Below are positions 1 to 10,900 of a stretch of 64,000 nt of DNA, one piece after another. This DNA is from Amphiscolops sp. MND2022 (Eukaryota): assembly GCA_964187785.1 (NCBI GenBank), contig OZ076409.1:62808001-62872000 (forward strand). Direction: 5' to 3'. Each line of letters begins with the position of its first letter. Position 1 is the stretch's first letter. The translations under genes and the position numbers were made by a program. The notes below the pieces were generated by a model. That model did not search any database. It was given only the letters and a program-made list of their open reading frames with translations, and was not told the origin of the DNA.

Positions 1-1
1 A

Positions 2-160
2 GAGGTCCTGTTGATGGCCTATTCTACTCCTCAATGGATTGAATTTACGCTTCTGCTCAATTCGCCGCACTTCGTGGTTCCCCGCTCTCACGGAATACGA
101 GGAATCATCGCAATCTACAAACTCCGCCGTATTTTACGCACGTGCTACGAAGGACTTTAA
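2..160 (+). CDS. 3' end of an ORF entering from the left edge (unknown product; possibly an accessory ORF of the retroelement)
   Basis: Frame 2 is open from base 2 to TAA at 158-160: EVLLMAYSTPQWIEFTLLLNSPHFVVPRSHGIRGIIAIYKLRRILRTCYEGL*. No recognisable motif. Confidence 0.3.
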   Translation, partial: EVLLMAYSTPQWIEFTLLLNSPHFVVPRSHGIRGIIAIYKLRRILRTCYEGL

Positions 161-610
161 AACACAACAATTCGAAGTGCTTATTCTTACATATCAGTAA
201 CATGCTCTCTCTTATCATATTTTAATTAAGTCTGGTACTGCATGCGATTTTCTCTCTTCTCTCAACAGCGTTCTCGTTAGTTCAATTTTACCAAACAACA
301 AAACTACTTTGTTTCACTCGTTTTTATGCTGAAATCGTCTTTGACTATTCGCATTCTACCTAAGTTTTTTACTGTGCTCTTTTCTACTTTTTGAGAAAAA
401 AAAACAAAAAAAACAAAAAACTAAACACTTAAAACAAATTAAACGAGCAGCAAAATAACTCAAATTAACTTATGAGAAGTAACGTCTTTGGTTTTAGTTT
501 GGGCCATTAACCATCTGAGTAACTGCCTTGGACGGTTTTTCTAGCATTAAGTTTGGCAAATTTTCTAGCTGTCGTGCTCGTTATCTCTCTAATTTTCACA
601 CTGACGGGCT

Positions 611-919
611 TTACTGTTCTTGAGCATTGCGGAGTCTCCGGTAACATTTATATCCAAAAAATGCACAGCCAAAGAGTATCAGGGGTAACACGACTGTCAA
701 CCAGGCCAACTGGTCATTGTTCGAACTTTTAACTTTTTGCTTCTCCACTGGTTTTATTTCACATATCACAGGGACAGTAGCACTCCATATAACCTTTCCA
801 CTGGTTGTCACAAATTTTGTTCCATTTGTGCAGCACCAAAACTTTTTGCCGCGCCACTGGTGCTCTTCACACGAAAAACAAACCATTATGTAAATGGCAA
901 TCACAACGCACGTTTTCAT
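611..919 (-). CDS. Small predicted type I membrane glycoprotein (102 aa), antisense to env
   Basis: N-terminal signal-like segment MKTCVVIAIYIMVCFS; Cys-containing ectodomain with NGT sequon; TM LAWLTVVLPLILFGCAFFGY; basic stop-transfer KCYRRLR. An acceptor-like TTTTCAG lies just upstream of the ATG on the minus strand. Confidence 0.55.
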   Translation of the reverse strand: MKTCVVIAIYIMVCFSCEEHQWRGKKFWCCTNGTKFVTTSGKVIWSATVPVICEIKPVEKQKVKSSNNDQLAWLTVVLPLILFGCAFFGYKCYRRLRNAQEQ

Positions 920-1251
920 TTTTCAGCTGAAAATACTAGGTTTTCCTTGCAACTTTGTTCTACACACAAAAAAAACCGGTGTTCCGTTGACACACCATGA
1001 CTTTTCATTCATTTTTCGTTGACATTTTCTCTACAACGCCCCTAATAAGACCTGCATCGGTCAATATTCACATAACACTCTGTTGACATTCTTTCAAATG
1101 ACCGACAAACAAACATTTTTCTCAATAGATCGCGAAAAGTCAATAATTTTCTTTGGTGACTGAACTCTGTCAAATTCTTCCGTGGGTCGATTGATAAATG
1201 CCGACAGGCGTACACAAACAAAAACTGACAAACATTTGACATTCTAAAACA

Positions 1252-1273
1252 ATTTTGCCATCTCTATCTTCAG
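1252..1273 (+). promoter_or_regulatory. Candidate splice acceptor for a subgenomic env mRNA
   Basis: Pyrimidine tract plus CAG (ttttgccatctctatcttcag) ending at 1273, 35 nt before the env ATG. Confidence 0.4.
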
Positions 1274-1308
1274 GCTCATTTTCTGGTTTGAACCATAACT
1301 GAGCAATC

Positions 1309-3663
1309 ATGCTGTTCTTTCTTGCCTACCTTGCTTTCACTCCTGCTTCCGTTTCTAGTCAATGGTCATCTAACATTGAAGCCTCTAATAACCCTAATGA
1401 TCTTCTAGAAAAAGGGATACTATTTAACGAGCGCAATAAAATCTTGCTTACAGAAAAATTTATCAGTGTGGAATTTCTTGTTCCTTTTCCCACTTATGAA
1501 TTTTCCTTGAAACCGGATATCGAACAACTGCTTCACCGCCTTTCGCAAATGTGGGACTTGCCCTCTATTTTTTGTCCCCTGAACTTCTCTAGTCACTTTT
1601 TATCAAATTCTTCTGGATTCAACGTCAATTGGATGCTCTTTCAAATCAATCATGAGATACACGAATCGGAAACCGACCTAAACACTATCCGGAATGAAAC
1701 CTCAATGTTTTTACGACCACCTTCTGAACAACAACCGCGTAAACGACGAGGCGCTGGTGTAGGCCTCGCTGCCCTGGCAGCTGTTGGACTTTTTGGGGGT
1801 GGTATCGCTATGGGCAGTTCCGACTCTTGTGGTCTTCAAGGAATTTTTGGGGGCTGTCACGATCAAGCCCGAGCCAATGCAGCCAACATACGGAGCCTTT
1901 CAGATTACCAAGATGTTCTGACCCAATTTGTCACAGAATTTCAACTGAACACTGACGAAAAATTCTTCTTAGTGAAAAACGAACTCGCCGCTCTTAATGC
2001 GATACAAGCTGAAATGTCAGAAACTCAAAACCGCAATTGGGCCATCATCCAAGAACAATTTGAAGTATTCGAAAATAACTTTCATATTTTACGCGACTGT
2101 AATCAAATGTTATTCTCTAACCAACAGTTGAATTTCAATTTTGACACACTATCTTCGCTTCTCAGTATGGTTCATGCTAGCATCAAAGCTTTTCGCTCAG
2201 CTTTATATGCTTTTCGCATGAACATTCTTAACTCTATTCCTGTTATTTTGCGAGGTCATCTACCAATGTCGCTTATTCCGATGGAATCACTCCTCGTGAT
2301 CTTGGAACGAGTAGCGATTGAACAAAGCACGGCAACAGATCGCTTATCCTTAGCAATTCCGATGACTGACCTCCTTTCATACTATGATTCTCGTTTGCTC
2401 GCTGATGCCGTTACAGTACCAGAAGGAATCTTGATGACCCTTAGTATACCGTTGGCTTCTCGACAAACTGTTTTCACACTCTTTGAGGCTAAAATAATTC
2501 CGATGCCTTACCCCGATGACCCTCAATTGGCTCTCAAGTGGGATATTGAGGCACCGTACTTAGCCATTTCAGAAGACCAAATGGAATCTTCTGTCCTCTC
2601 CGAAGCACAATTTGAACAATGCCTCGGCTCTTCCAAATATCGAATTTGTGCAGAAACTTTTCCTACTGAAATGGGTCATTCTTCATGTATTGCGACGCTC
2701 TTTTTTGACTCCTCTGTTGATGCACTTTCAGTTTGTGATACTTCCTTAGTTTCTTTACCATCTACTGAACAAGCCACTAACCTAGGTTTTGGTATATGGC
2801 TGATAACATCTGCCAATGATGATTTTATATTCCGAGAATCTCATGCAACAGCTGCTTCATCGAAAACACAATCATTTGCAGGCTGTCGTATCTGTATTAT
2901 CACCCTTGAATGTGGCATGCAAATCATGACAAAACACATTAAAATCAGGTCCGACTTATCAAGTTGCTCCCATATACCCGCAATAAAATTGCGAGTTTCA
3001 TTGCCAAACCCTCTAGCATCCCTAATCATGGAAGTTCCCCCTTTAGAGGATTTACCTTTATATGACTCGAAAGCAGAAGCAGGAGTGAAGCTTTTGAAAC
3101 AAGTACGTAAAGAACTCGTACATAGCCCAAGAGTTCGTGAAGTCAACCGATTAGTGGACATAGCCCGTCCCCTAGCGAGTGATATGAAACTTTTGAAACC
3201 CTCGCTCACCCGTGAATTTAATCAATATGTCCCCTTTAAAGTCTCTTTCACTCTGACTATTGTTGTTTTTATCGTTTCGACACTATTGCATTTACTATTC
3301 ATGTACATCTATCACAAGTATCATCTCGCTGATAGACTGTTTCCCAAAAAACTGATCAAAAACAAATTCAATGTCAAACCAAGTCTTGATGTTCCAGATG
3401 AACATAAAGAGGCCTTGCCTGACCTTCAGAAAAGTCTGGGACACCGCTTCAGTTTTCGCGTACCTTCCAAAAATCAAACGATTCATTTGCAAAAACCATC
3501 AACCTCTTTCATGGCTGATTCAGTCATAGGTAATTTCACTGATGGAAATACACAACTCAGCAGTAGCATGATTGATAATGTGCGCAGCCAGCTTACTGGC
3601 GGCAAACCTCTTGTCGCTCCTAATCAAATCCCCCCCGAACGTGAGCTTTCATCCAATTATTGA
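1309..3663 (+). CDS. env: Envelope class I fusion glycoprotein (baculovirus F / errantivirus Env-like), 784 aa, intronless and intact
   Basis: Signal peptide; furin site RKRR (aa 144-147, nt 1738-1749) directly followed by a Gly/Ala hydrophobic fusion peptide GAGVGLAALAAVGLFGGGIAMG; heptad-repeat region; F-like motifs GILFNERNKILL, GHLPMSLIP, SIPL..FTLF..IPMP, YLAIS..C, SCIATLF; Cys-rich ectodomain; TM VSFTLTIVVFIVSTLLHLLFMYIY at about aa 645-668; ~115-aa cytoplasmic tail. Confidence 0.85.
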   Translation: MLFFLAYLAFTPASVSSQWSSNIEASNNPNDLLEKGILFNERNKILLTEKFISVEFLVPFPTYEFSLKPDIEQLLHRLSQMWDLPSIFCPLNFSSHFLSNSSGFNVNWMLFQINHEIHESETDLNTIRNETSMFLRPPSEQQPRKRRGAGVGLAALAAVGLFGGGIAMGSSDSCGLQGIFGGCHDQARANAANIRSLSDYQDVLTQFVTEFQLNTDEKFFLVKNELAALNAIQAEMSETQNRNWAIIQEQFEVFENNFHILRDCNQMLFSNQQLNFNFDTLSSLLSMVHASIKAFRSALYAFRMNILNSIPVILRGHLPMSLIPMESLLVILERVAIEQSTATDRLSLAIPMTDLLSYYDSRLLADAVTVPEGILMTLSIPLASRQTVFTLFEAKIIPMPYPDDPQLALKWDIEAPYLAISEDQMESSVLSEAQFEQCLGSSKYRICAETFPTEMGHSSCIATLFFDSSVDALSVCDTSLVSLPSTEQATNLGFGIWLITSANDDFIFRESHATAASSKTQSFAGCRICIITLECGMQIMTKHIKIRSDLSSCSHIPAIKLRVSLPNPLASLIMEVPPLEDLPLYDSKAEAGVKLLKQVRKELVHSPRVREVNRLVDIARPLASDMKLLKPSLTREFNQYVPFKVSFTLTIVVFIVSTLLHLLFMYIYHKYHLADRLFPKKLIKNKFNVKPSLDVPDEHKEALPDLQKSLGHRFSFRVPSKNQTIHLQKPSTSFMADSVIGNFTDGNTQLSSSMIDNVRSQLTGGKPLVAPNQIPPERELSSNY

Positions 3664-3990
3664 TTGACTTCACGAACTGAATTTATGAAATCTATCATCT
3701 CATAAAACACTTTGCTTTTATATTTCTCTTGCAGTATATGTAAATTTATATAGCAGTAATCTGGCTAATAAACACCAAAGGATTCAAAATAATATCACCG
3801 AAGACAAACAACAACTGGATTCTTCACTCTGGACAACTTTGGATCTTGTGCTGCCCCTCTTTTCATCCTATTTTTATTTTGGATTCAATGCAAAACATTG
3901 GCATACTCAACTTTGGATTCTGTATTTCATACGACCTGACTCTTTCTTCAGCCGAATGATGGTTTCTTTTGGAGGCCGGAAAAGCTCGAT

Positions 3991-3999
3991 GGGAGGAAG
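3991..3999 (+). promoter_or_regulatory. Polypurine tract of LTR retroelement
   Basis: GGGAGGAAG immediately before TGTCATGTG at 4000, about 330 nt downstream of the env stop. Confidence 0.6.
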
Positions 4000-4362
4000 T
4001 GTCATGTGTTCCATGATGATCTTCTTGACCGAAAACAGAATATCAAAATTGAGAAGGAATATCTTGAATGCCTACCAATGACCTTTTATTTATATAAATA
4101 TAAACATACAAGTTGAAACTATTTGACTTTGACATTTAAAACTATTTGACATTTATTGAATACTTCACCAACTGAGAAAAGTAATTTTATAATCAGAAGA
4201 ACGAATAATACAGATAAAGAACAGTTTAGTTTTCCTAACCAAAAAGTGGATTGCGTCCCAAGCATCTTAGACTACCGCTCGACATCTTCTGAGGAATCGT
4301 CTTGAGAGAAGTGACAAAACCAAGACTCTGAAAATAAGAGTTATGACTCCTGGCCTGTAAGA
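4000..4362 (+). mobile_element. Putative 3' LTR of the env-bearing retroelement
   Basis: Starts with TG right after the PPT; TATA-like TATATAAATATAAA at 4091-4104; probable end at ...GGCCTGTAAGA (TGTAACA-like), after which decayed pol sequence begins. The right boundary is uncertain. Confidence 0.5.
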
Positions 4363-4369
4363 TCTGTAA

Positions 4370-5300
4370 TTCATTTTGGCTACATGATCCAAATTTTTCA
4401 GCACATTTTGTGTGGACAGAAAAAAGGTTAACGAATTCACCAGGGCTTGTTTACCCCCATTTACACGGAAAAAGAAGTTACAATCACAAAGTGGTGGATC
4501 TAGGTAAGCGGGTTATGTCCGGTGAGAGACACTCATTTGTAACTTATCAAAGACGCTGTCTCAGTCCCAGCAGAGATGTTCTAACATTGGGTGTGAGATA
4601 ATAGCCGTTGTCTTTGTGGTAAAACGTTCAAAACAGGTTTTACGTGGCTCCAAATTCCTGCTCGAATCATCGTTCTCCGGATAATGATAAATGCATGAGT
4701 GTTATGCTCATTTTGCAGATCTCGGCTTTCTGTCGAATAGTTGAAAAATGATAGTTAATGCGATCAATTAGCAAATAATCAAGGACGATTGCTAAGCATG
4801 TACGCAAGCGAAAAATTTTTTCTCTAAAAATTATTGAATAAGGACCGCGCGTACTGAAACCGGGATTTGGTGTAGGGAGAGATAGAATTTTTTGCCCTTA
4901 GTACACGGAGGGCGCAAGTGGTTCAAGAAAATATCAGGTGACCTCATTGTCTAGACTGGACTGCTTAATAATGGAATCTGACCATACATTCCACTTCGAA
5001 TGCGAAGCATCGTCGAGTGAGCTCGTGAGACTCACTCCGGTGTCTATGCAACTAAGAACATAATGAATCTAATGTCTTGGTGACTTGGAGCCGGAAAAGA
5101 CGTTGACAAGCTTGTAATCGCCTGTTGTGAATGTGCAAAAACCGACCATGGACCGAAAAATCTGCGGATACTTGACCAACCATTGAAGAGATCGCACATG
5201 GATTGTTCTTATATCCAAGAGGTAGGTAATATCCTCATCATAGTTGATGCCGGTTCTGCTTGAATAGAAGCATTTGTTTGCGGTGATCTTGCGACTCCAT
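4370..5300 (+). pseudogene. Decayed Ty3/Gypsy pol fragment (RT/RNase H remnant to integrase)
   Basis: Around 5020-5290 it translates to ...DVDKLVIACCECAK...QPLKRSHMDCSYIQEVGNILIIVDAGSA*IEAF, matching the integrase HHCC zinc finger and the start of the core (P..R.H.D...LI.VD..S.W.EA). Contains stops and frameshifts. Confidence 0.65.
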
Positions 5301-6030
5301 GCTTTCATCAATTATTCCATTCAAGACCTGAAAATATAAACATCCTGCAAAGTTTATCATACAGGATTGTAATAATATGGCATGTCTGACTCGGAAAATT
5401 CGGATGGATACTAGCAAGCACTCCTCAAATGCCCTATCTCCTAGTTCTGATGTTTGCCAGTGGCTGATACTTTTGTTTTAGCGGCACTTAGATCGCCTGC
5501 CGATTTCACTTTGCCTTTCTAGAGGAGGCATGTCTGCCCTTGTAGTCATCTGCTACATCATACATCTCAATTAGAACAGCACGTGTGAGGAAGCCGAACT
5601 CGAGATTTGATGATTACGTGTGCTGTGCGGTTTCATGGAAGGGATATGAAGTATACGCTGGGCTGTGTTTGTCATAATAATTTTGTATGTTGTTTCATTT
5701 CAGATCATGCGTCGATGTCCCTTTAATTACAATGATGCAAAAATTCTAATGATGCAAAAAGTTTCTATAAAACTGCGTTGGCATACCATTTGTCAACAAG
5801 TAAGCCCCTCCGGTTTTGCCTCTAGTTTAAACAACCTTAGTGTTAGTTGGTTTCTCGCTTCAGTTTTCAATCAGTGCCATCAGTCCGAAAAGTTGGGTCG
5901 ATCTGGTGACGTTTTTTGGGTGTGTTGTAATTGGTTTCTTAACATTCGTCACGTCTAAAGTTTTTTGTTTCTTTTCAGGCTCTTTTTAGTGCAAGATTTT
6001 TTTTATCAAGACATTTTGACGGTTATCACA

Positions 6031-7586
6031 TTTTTTTAGTCGGCGCTTCATGAAATCAAACGCGACTATTATAGTGACTCTTTTTTAGGAGTCGGAAAAA
6101 ATTTTCGACTACTTATGCAATCGTGCTGTTTTTTTTTTGTTTTTTTTTCTCCCGACCTTTTCATGAAAATTTCAATTTCTCAAAAACTGTCCATACGATT
6201 TTCACGAAATTTTGCACAGTCATTCTACACCCAAAGGGGCCCCTGCGTGTGCAAAGGCATCAAAATCGTATGGCTGGGATGTGAGAAACATAGCCAAAAA
6301 TGGCCAAAAAACAGCCATTTTTCGACTTTTTTCGATTTTCTCAAAAACTGTCCATACGATTCGAACAAAATTTTCTACAGTTATTCTACACCATATTAGA
6401 GTCCTATATGTGCAATGGCATCAAAATCGTATGGCTGGGATGTGAGAAACATAGCCAAAATTAGCCCAAAAACGGCCAAAAAACAGCCATTTTTCGACTT
6501 TTTCGATTTTTTCAAAAACTGTCCATACGATTCGAACGAAATTTTCTACAGTTATTCTACAGCATATTAGAGTCCTATATGTGCAATGGCATCAAAATCG
6601 TATGGCTGGGATGTGAGAAACATAGCCAAAATTAGCCCAAAAACGGCCAAAAAACAGCCATTTTTCGATTTTTTTTCGATTTTCTCAAAAACTGTCCATA
6701 CGATTCGAACGAAATTTTCTACAGTCATTCTACACCATATTATGGTCCTTTATGTGCAATTTCATTAAATTCGTATGGCTGGGATGTGAGAAACATAGCC
6801 AAATTTAGCCCAAAAATGGCCAAAAAAACAGTCATTTTCCGATTTTCTTACAAACTGTTCATACGATTCGAACGAAAGCGAGTCAGAAGGAAAAAGACTT
6901 AAGCCGACTCCTTTACCGCATATGCGGCTCTGGTTTTCTATCCACACGAACTGACCAAAATAGTTCTTAAAAGTTCTACGAAATATTGCACCAAATTGCA
7001 CCATTTGGCCTAGCGAACTGAACCAAAAAAGTTTTTCCTGTTTCTCCGCGTAACATACCATACCGGGCGAGACCAAAGGGTCCCCCTTTCAATTTTTTTC
7101 GACATTGCGAGACTTTTTTTCGGATTTTTTCCCCAAAGGGTCCCTTCATTTTTTTGGTGTTTTGCGTCAGAATGGATGTTGGAAAATCCCAAAGAGTCCC
7201 CCTTTCAATTTTCCGGCATTGTGAGACTTTTTTCTGAATTTTTTTTTCTCTCCAAAGGGTCCCCCCTTTAATTTCTTTGATATTTTACAACAGATTGGGT
7301 GTTTAAAAATCCCAAAGGGTCCCCCCTTTCAGTTTTTCGGCATTGTGAGACTTTTTTTGTCGAAAATTTGTTTTTTCTCCAAAGGGTCCCCCTTCAACTG
7401 CGACAAAAATGTTGACAATTTCGGAAGTGTCCCCCTTTTAGCGCGCCAGGGGCTCGCGCTAGCGGGCCCCGGTGCGCCACTCGGTCCATTTTTTGAAGTA
7501 TGTAATTTCAAAAAAATTTTCGAAAAAGTCTTTTTGCTGTTTTTGAACCTTGGATATGGCGCCGACTTGGGCCGGTCCCTGCTTGT
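6031..7586 (+). mobile_element. Non-autonomous Helentron/DINE-1-like element (copy 1) with internal tandem array
   Basis: T-run then AGTCGGCGC (6038-6046); its inverse GCGCCGACT at 7559-7567 followed by a degenerate GC hairpin and TTGT. Shares GGGTCCCCC(C)TTTCA...CGGCATTGTGAGAC subrepeats with the copies at 9860, 54372 and 59851. Confidence 0.6.
6178..6875 (+). repeat. Tandem repeat, ~160-172-bp unit, about 4 copies
   Basis: CAAAAACTGTCCATACGATT...CGTATGGCTGGGATGTGAGAAACATAGCCAAA recurs near 6180, 6340, 6512, 6684 and 6850. Confidence 0.9.
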
Positions 7587-7913
7587 ATTCTCTTAGAATG
7601 AATGAGTTTTCTCATTACTAAAGCCAATTGCGTGGACTCATTTTAGACGTCACAATCAGCAGTGTTATTTCTAGCTAATCTCAGACATCTCAGGTTGCTA
7701 CATGTATTTGCCAATATGCAAAAACATGATTCTTGATGAATTTTCCCCACAACGGGAAAAAATCTCTTGAAGACGAACTGGTTTCTCGTTTTTCCAATGG
7801 ACCCAACTTCTAGTTTTTGGTCTTCGATGGTCTTCGATCAGTGAATGGCATCCGAGAAACTATTTAATGCAGGTTTCCATATTCGTTCAAAAACGCTAAT
7901 TATTGCGTTTCAG

Positions 7914-10900
7914 GCCGGAAAAAGTCAAGCAAATGCTTCTCCTGATAATGGTTTCATGCAAGAAGAGATGCCGAAGGCGCTGGAGCCTCTGGAGTTATCC
8001 TCTGAGTTGCTAGATCAGTCCAGCAAGTTGATCCAAAAAGATGGCAAATCTTCTTCTGGGCGCAGTATTTTAATAGACGCTTGCAGAAGTTAGTTACATC
8101 TGGATTATAGTTGGCTGCTGTTGAGTTTTATAGTATTTTAATGCTGTTAGTTTCAGGATAGCCCACTATGAAGGTTACTACCCTCTATCTGCATGCATTT
8201 TTCTTTCCAATTTTTCTGATCTTTTAGGCCGGTAATAATTTAGTTCATTGGTTTTTTCTGTTGCGGAAAGCTCGTATTGATATTAGAATCGTTTATCCCT
8301 TCAAAGCAGTGAATTGATCCGCTAATAGCGTTTGCGGGTCGCTTCGTGGAAACTATGCTCAAATTTAGCTTAAAAAGCAATTTCTAGAATTTCAATGAAA
8401 TGAATTTTCTGTGATGACTTTTTTCATTAGCGGTCAGCGGATGCTTAGAAAAAAGCAGAATAAGCGAAAATCGCTCATCCAAAAAGCGGGTTAGCTTTTA
8501 TCGAATTTTCATTATCGAGTCAATACACTGCTTCAAAGCGTTGTTGAATGACTTAATCGTAAAGCAGTGTTTTATGTATATATCCAACCTCCAAAGAGTT
8601 AGTTCCGGAATATGTTCCAAGTTGAGTTGAATTCCTAACTGTAATTCTTGTTGATTTAAGCCTCTGAATTGTTCAAAATAATGCCTTAGGTTATTTATTG
8701 AACGCGGAAACTGTTTCTTTTCTGCCTGGGTAACGGCTGTTAAATGTACCCCCATTCTCCCATTCTGTATGCTCAATGCTCAGCTGTTTCGTTTGTTTAA
8801 TGAACGTTATTCCTGCGATTGCTACATTTTACTTTCATGTATCTTGCCAAATGTTGGAATACGCTGAAAGAAAAAATGAATGGGTCATTTTGAATTCTCA
8901 TGTTTCATGCTTGCAGTTTTATTTTAGTGCCCCCGCCCCCGTATCTATTAAAATGCATCAGTTACATGTTTTTTAAAAGCGGATCGATGTAAACCCACAA
9001 AATATGGAAACCGGAAAAGACCATTTTGGGGAGATTTCGAGGATTTATTTTATGACAGTGTTCTTTCGGACTCGCTTCACTTTCAATGAACAGTGCTTTA
9101 AAATGTGTACTTCTGGTTATGTTGAGCGCTTACTAGTTTTGAGTACAAAAAAACACTTGCCATTACTTTTTGTCCGAAGCGGTATCCGAAACTAATTCGT
9201 ACTTCAATACTGTGGTTGCGATAATACATTAGTTGCTACTATTCACAGATATCCTGTTCGGCACTTACAAAGTGTTGATAGTGAATGACGAGAACAATGT
9301 GCGGAGACTGGAGAACAACATCAAGATCCTCATGGACTCCTTCTACTGTGTAGAGGCCGCCAAGTCCCTCCAAGAAGTTGTCGCCTTCCTCAAGGTGAGC
9401 TTCCTTCATTATTTAAAATCACTCGTGAATAGAGCATTGCAGTATTGACACTGTTTGAGAAAACAGTCGCAGTAGAGGCTCTACATGGGCTCTCGTGTTC
9501 GAAAACTCTTTCACTGTTGGTTTGCTAGAATACTAGCTACAGAATTTTGGGAATATCATCTTAATGAGCAACAAGATAGAGTCCGGTTGGATACTAAAGT
9601 TCATTTGTTTAAAGAGGCGAAAGATGTGCTCGTATTTTCTGTATATTTCAAGTCACGGGAGTATGACATGCTCAAAAGCGTCATTTTGCTAGATATAAGA
9701 TAACGTTCTTTCTATGGTTCCGATGCTTACTATCCCTTCTGTCGAAATCAGATGAGACGGATCTGTCAACCGCGGCAGATAGAGTCCTCTGCAGATGAAA
9801 TTTTTGTGTGAGCCACTGAAAACCTTTCAGTGTTAAAACCCACTGAAAGTTACTAGTACGTTTTTAAGGAAAAATGCCCGACTATAGCAGTGACCTTTTT
9901 TTTCTTCAGACTACAATCCTCACACTGAAAGGTCCACTTTTCTTACAATTCTTACAATCTTTAAATTTTACAATTCTTACTTAGCAAATTTAAAATACTG
10001 GCGCCAAAGCTTGCGAAGTAGTATTTTTACATCATCTAAGAAACTCAAAGGGACCAAAGGGTACTGCCTTAGAGTATTTTCGGCGCTGTGAGACTTTTTT
10101 TTCAAAAAAAAATTTCCCCAAGGGGTCCCCCCTTCAATTTTTTTGGAGTTTTCCGACAGAACGGATGTTGAAAAATCCCAAAGGGTCCCCCCTTTCAGTT
10201 TTTTCGGCATTGTGAGACTTTTTTTCAAAAATTTTTTTTTCACCAAAAGTGCCCCTCCTTCATTTTTTTTGATTTGCGACAGAATGGATGAAAAATCTCA
10301 AAGTGTCCCCTCTGGTGCGCCAATTCGGTTCAACTTTGGGGTTTTTCCGGTATCGTAGAAGAGAATACTTTGACACTTTGAAGTCCTTTTGCTGTTTTTG
10401 AGCCTTAGATATGGCGCCGACTTGGGCCGTTCCCGGCTTGTTTAAATGACTATAAGTCAGTATAAAGATGTATATTTCGTCTAAGTTCTGATTTTATGCC
10501 GGCTAAGAAAGCGCTTGTAACAGGAGTATTGAATGGCTATGTAATTGAAACACGAAAGGTGTACCCTTTTTTTCGGTAGATTCTGACTTTCGTTGAGAAT
10601 GAAAGTGGTAAACAAGACGCCCGCTGAGCAGCGGGATATTTTCCGCCCCGAACTGTTCTACAACTACATGAGTTTGAGGCTCAAGAATAAGCCAATGCAC
10701 TATAAAAACGCCAATAAGTTCGAAGAAAAGAAAACTTTGATTCATCGTACCCCATTTTAAAGGAAACCCCTAATTTATTATTTGAGAGAGCTGGTCACTT
10801 TTCTTTTTTTCGGCACTATGCGACTTACCGAGAAAAAGAAAGTTTTCAATAAATTTTTTGAAATTTTTTTAAAAATTTTCAAAATTTTTAGTTTTTGAGG

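Noticed and set aside
2841..3492. Minus-strand ORFs of 122 and 65 aa overlapping env
   Set aside because: Antisense shadows of the env ORF with no motif or topology of their own.
5704..5799. AG/GT-bounded segment as the missing vinculin exon 1
   Set aside because: Peptide IMRRCPFNYNDAKILMMQKVSIKLRWHTICQQ shows no similarity to the vinculin N-terminus.
6178..6875. Regular repeats that might suggest a CRISPR array
   Set aside because: Whole ~170-bp units repeat with no unique spacers; eukaryotic context; no cas genes.
8498..8776. 92-aa minus-strand ORF in a vinculin intron
   Set aside because: No recognisable motif or splice structure; cannot be supported as a gene.
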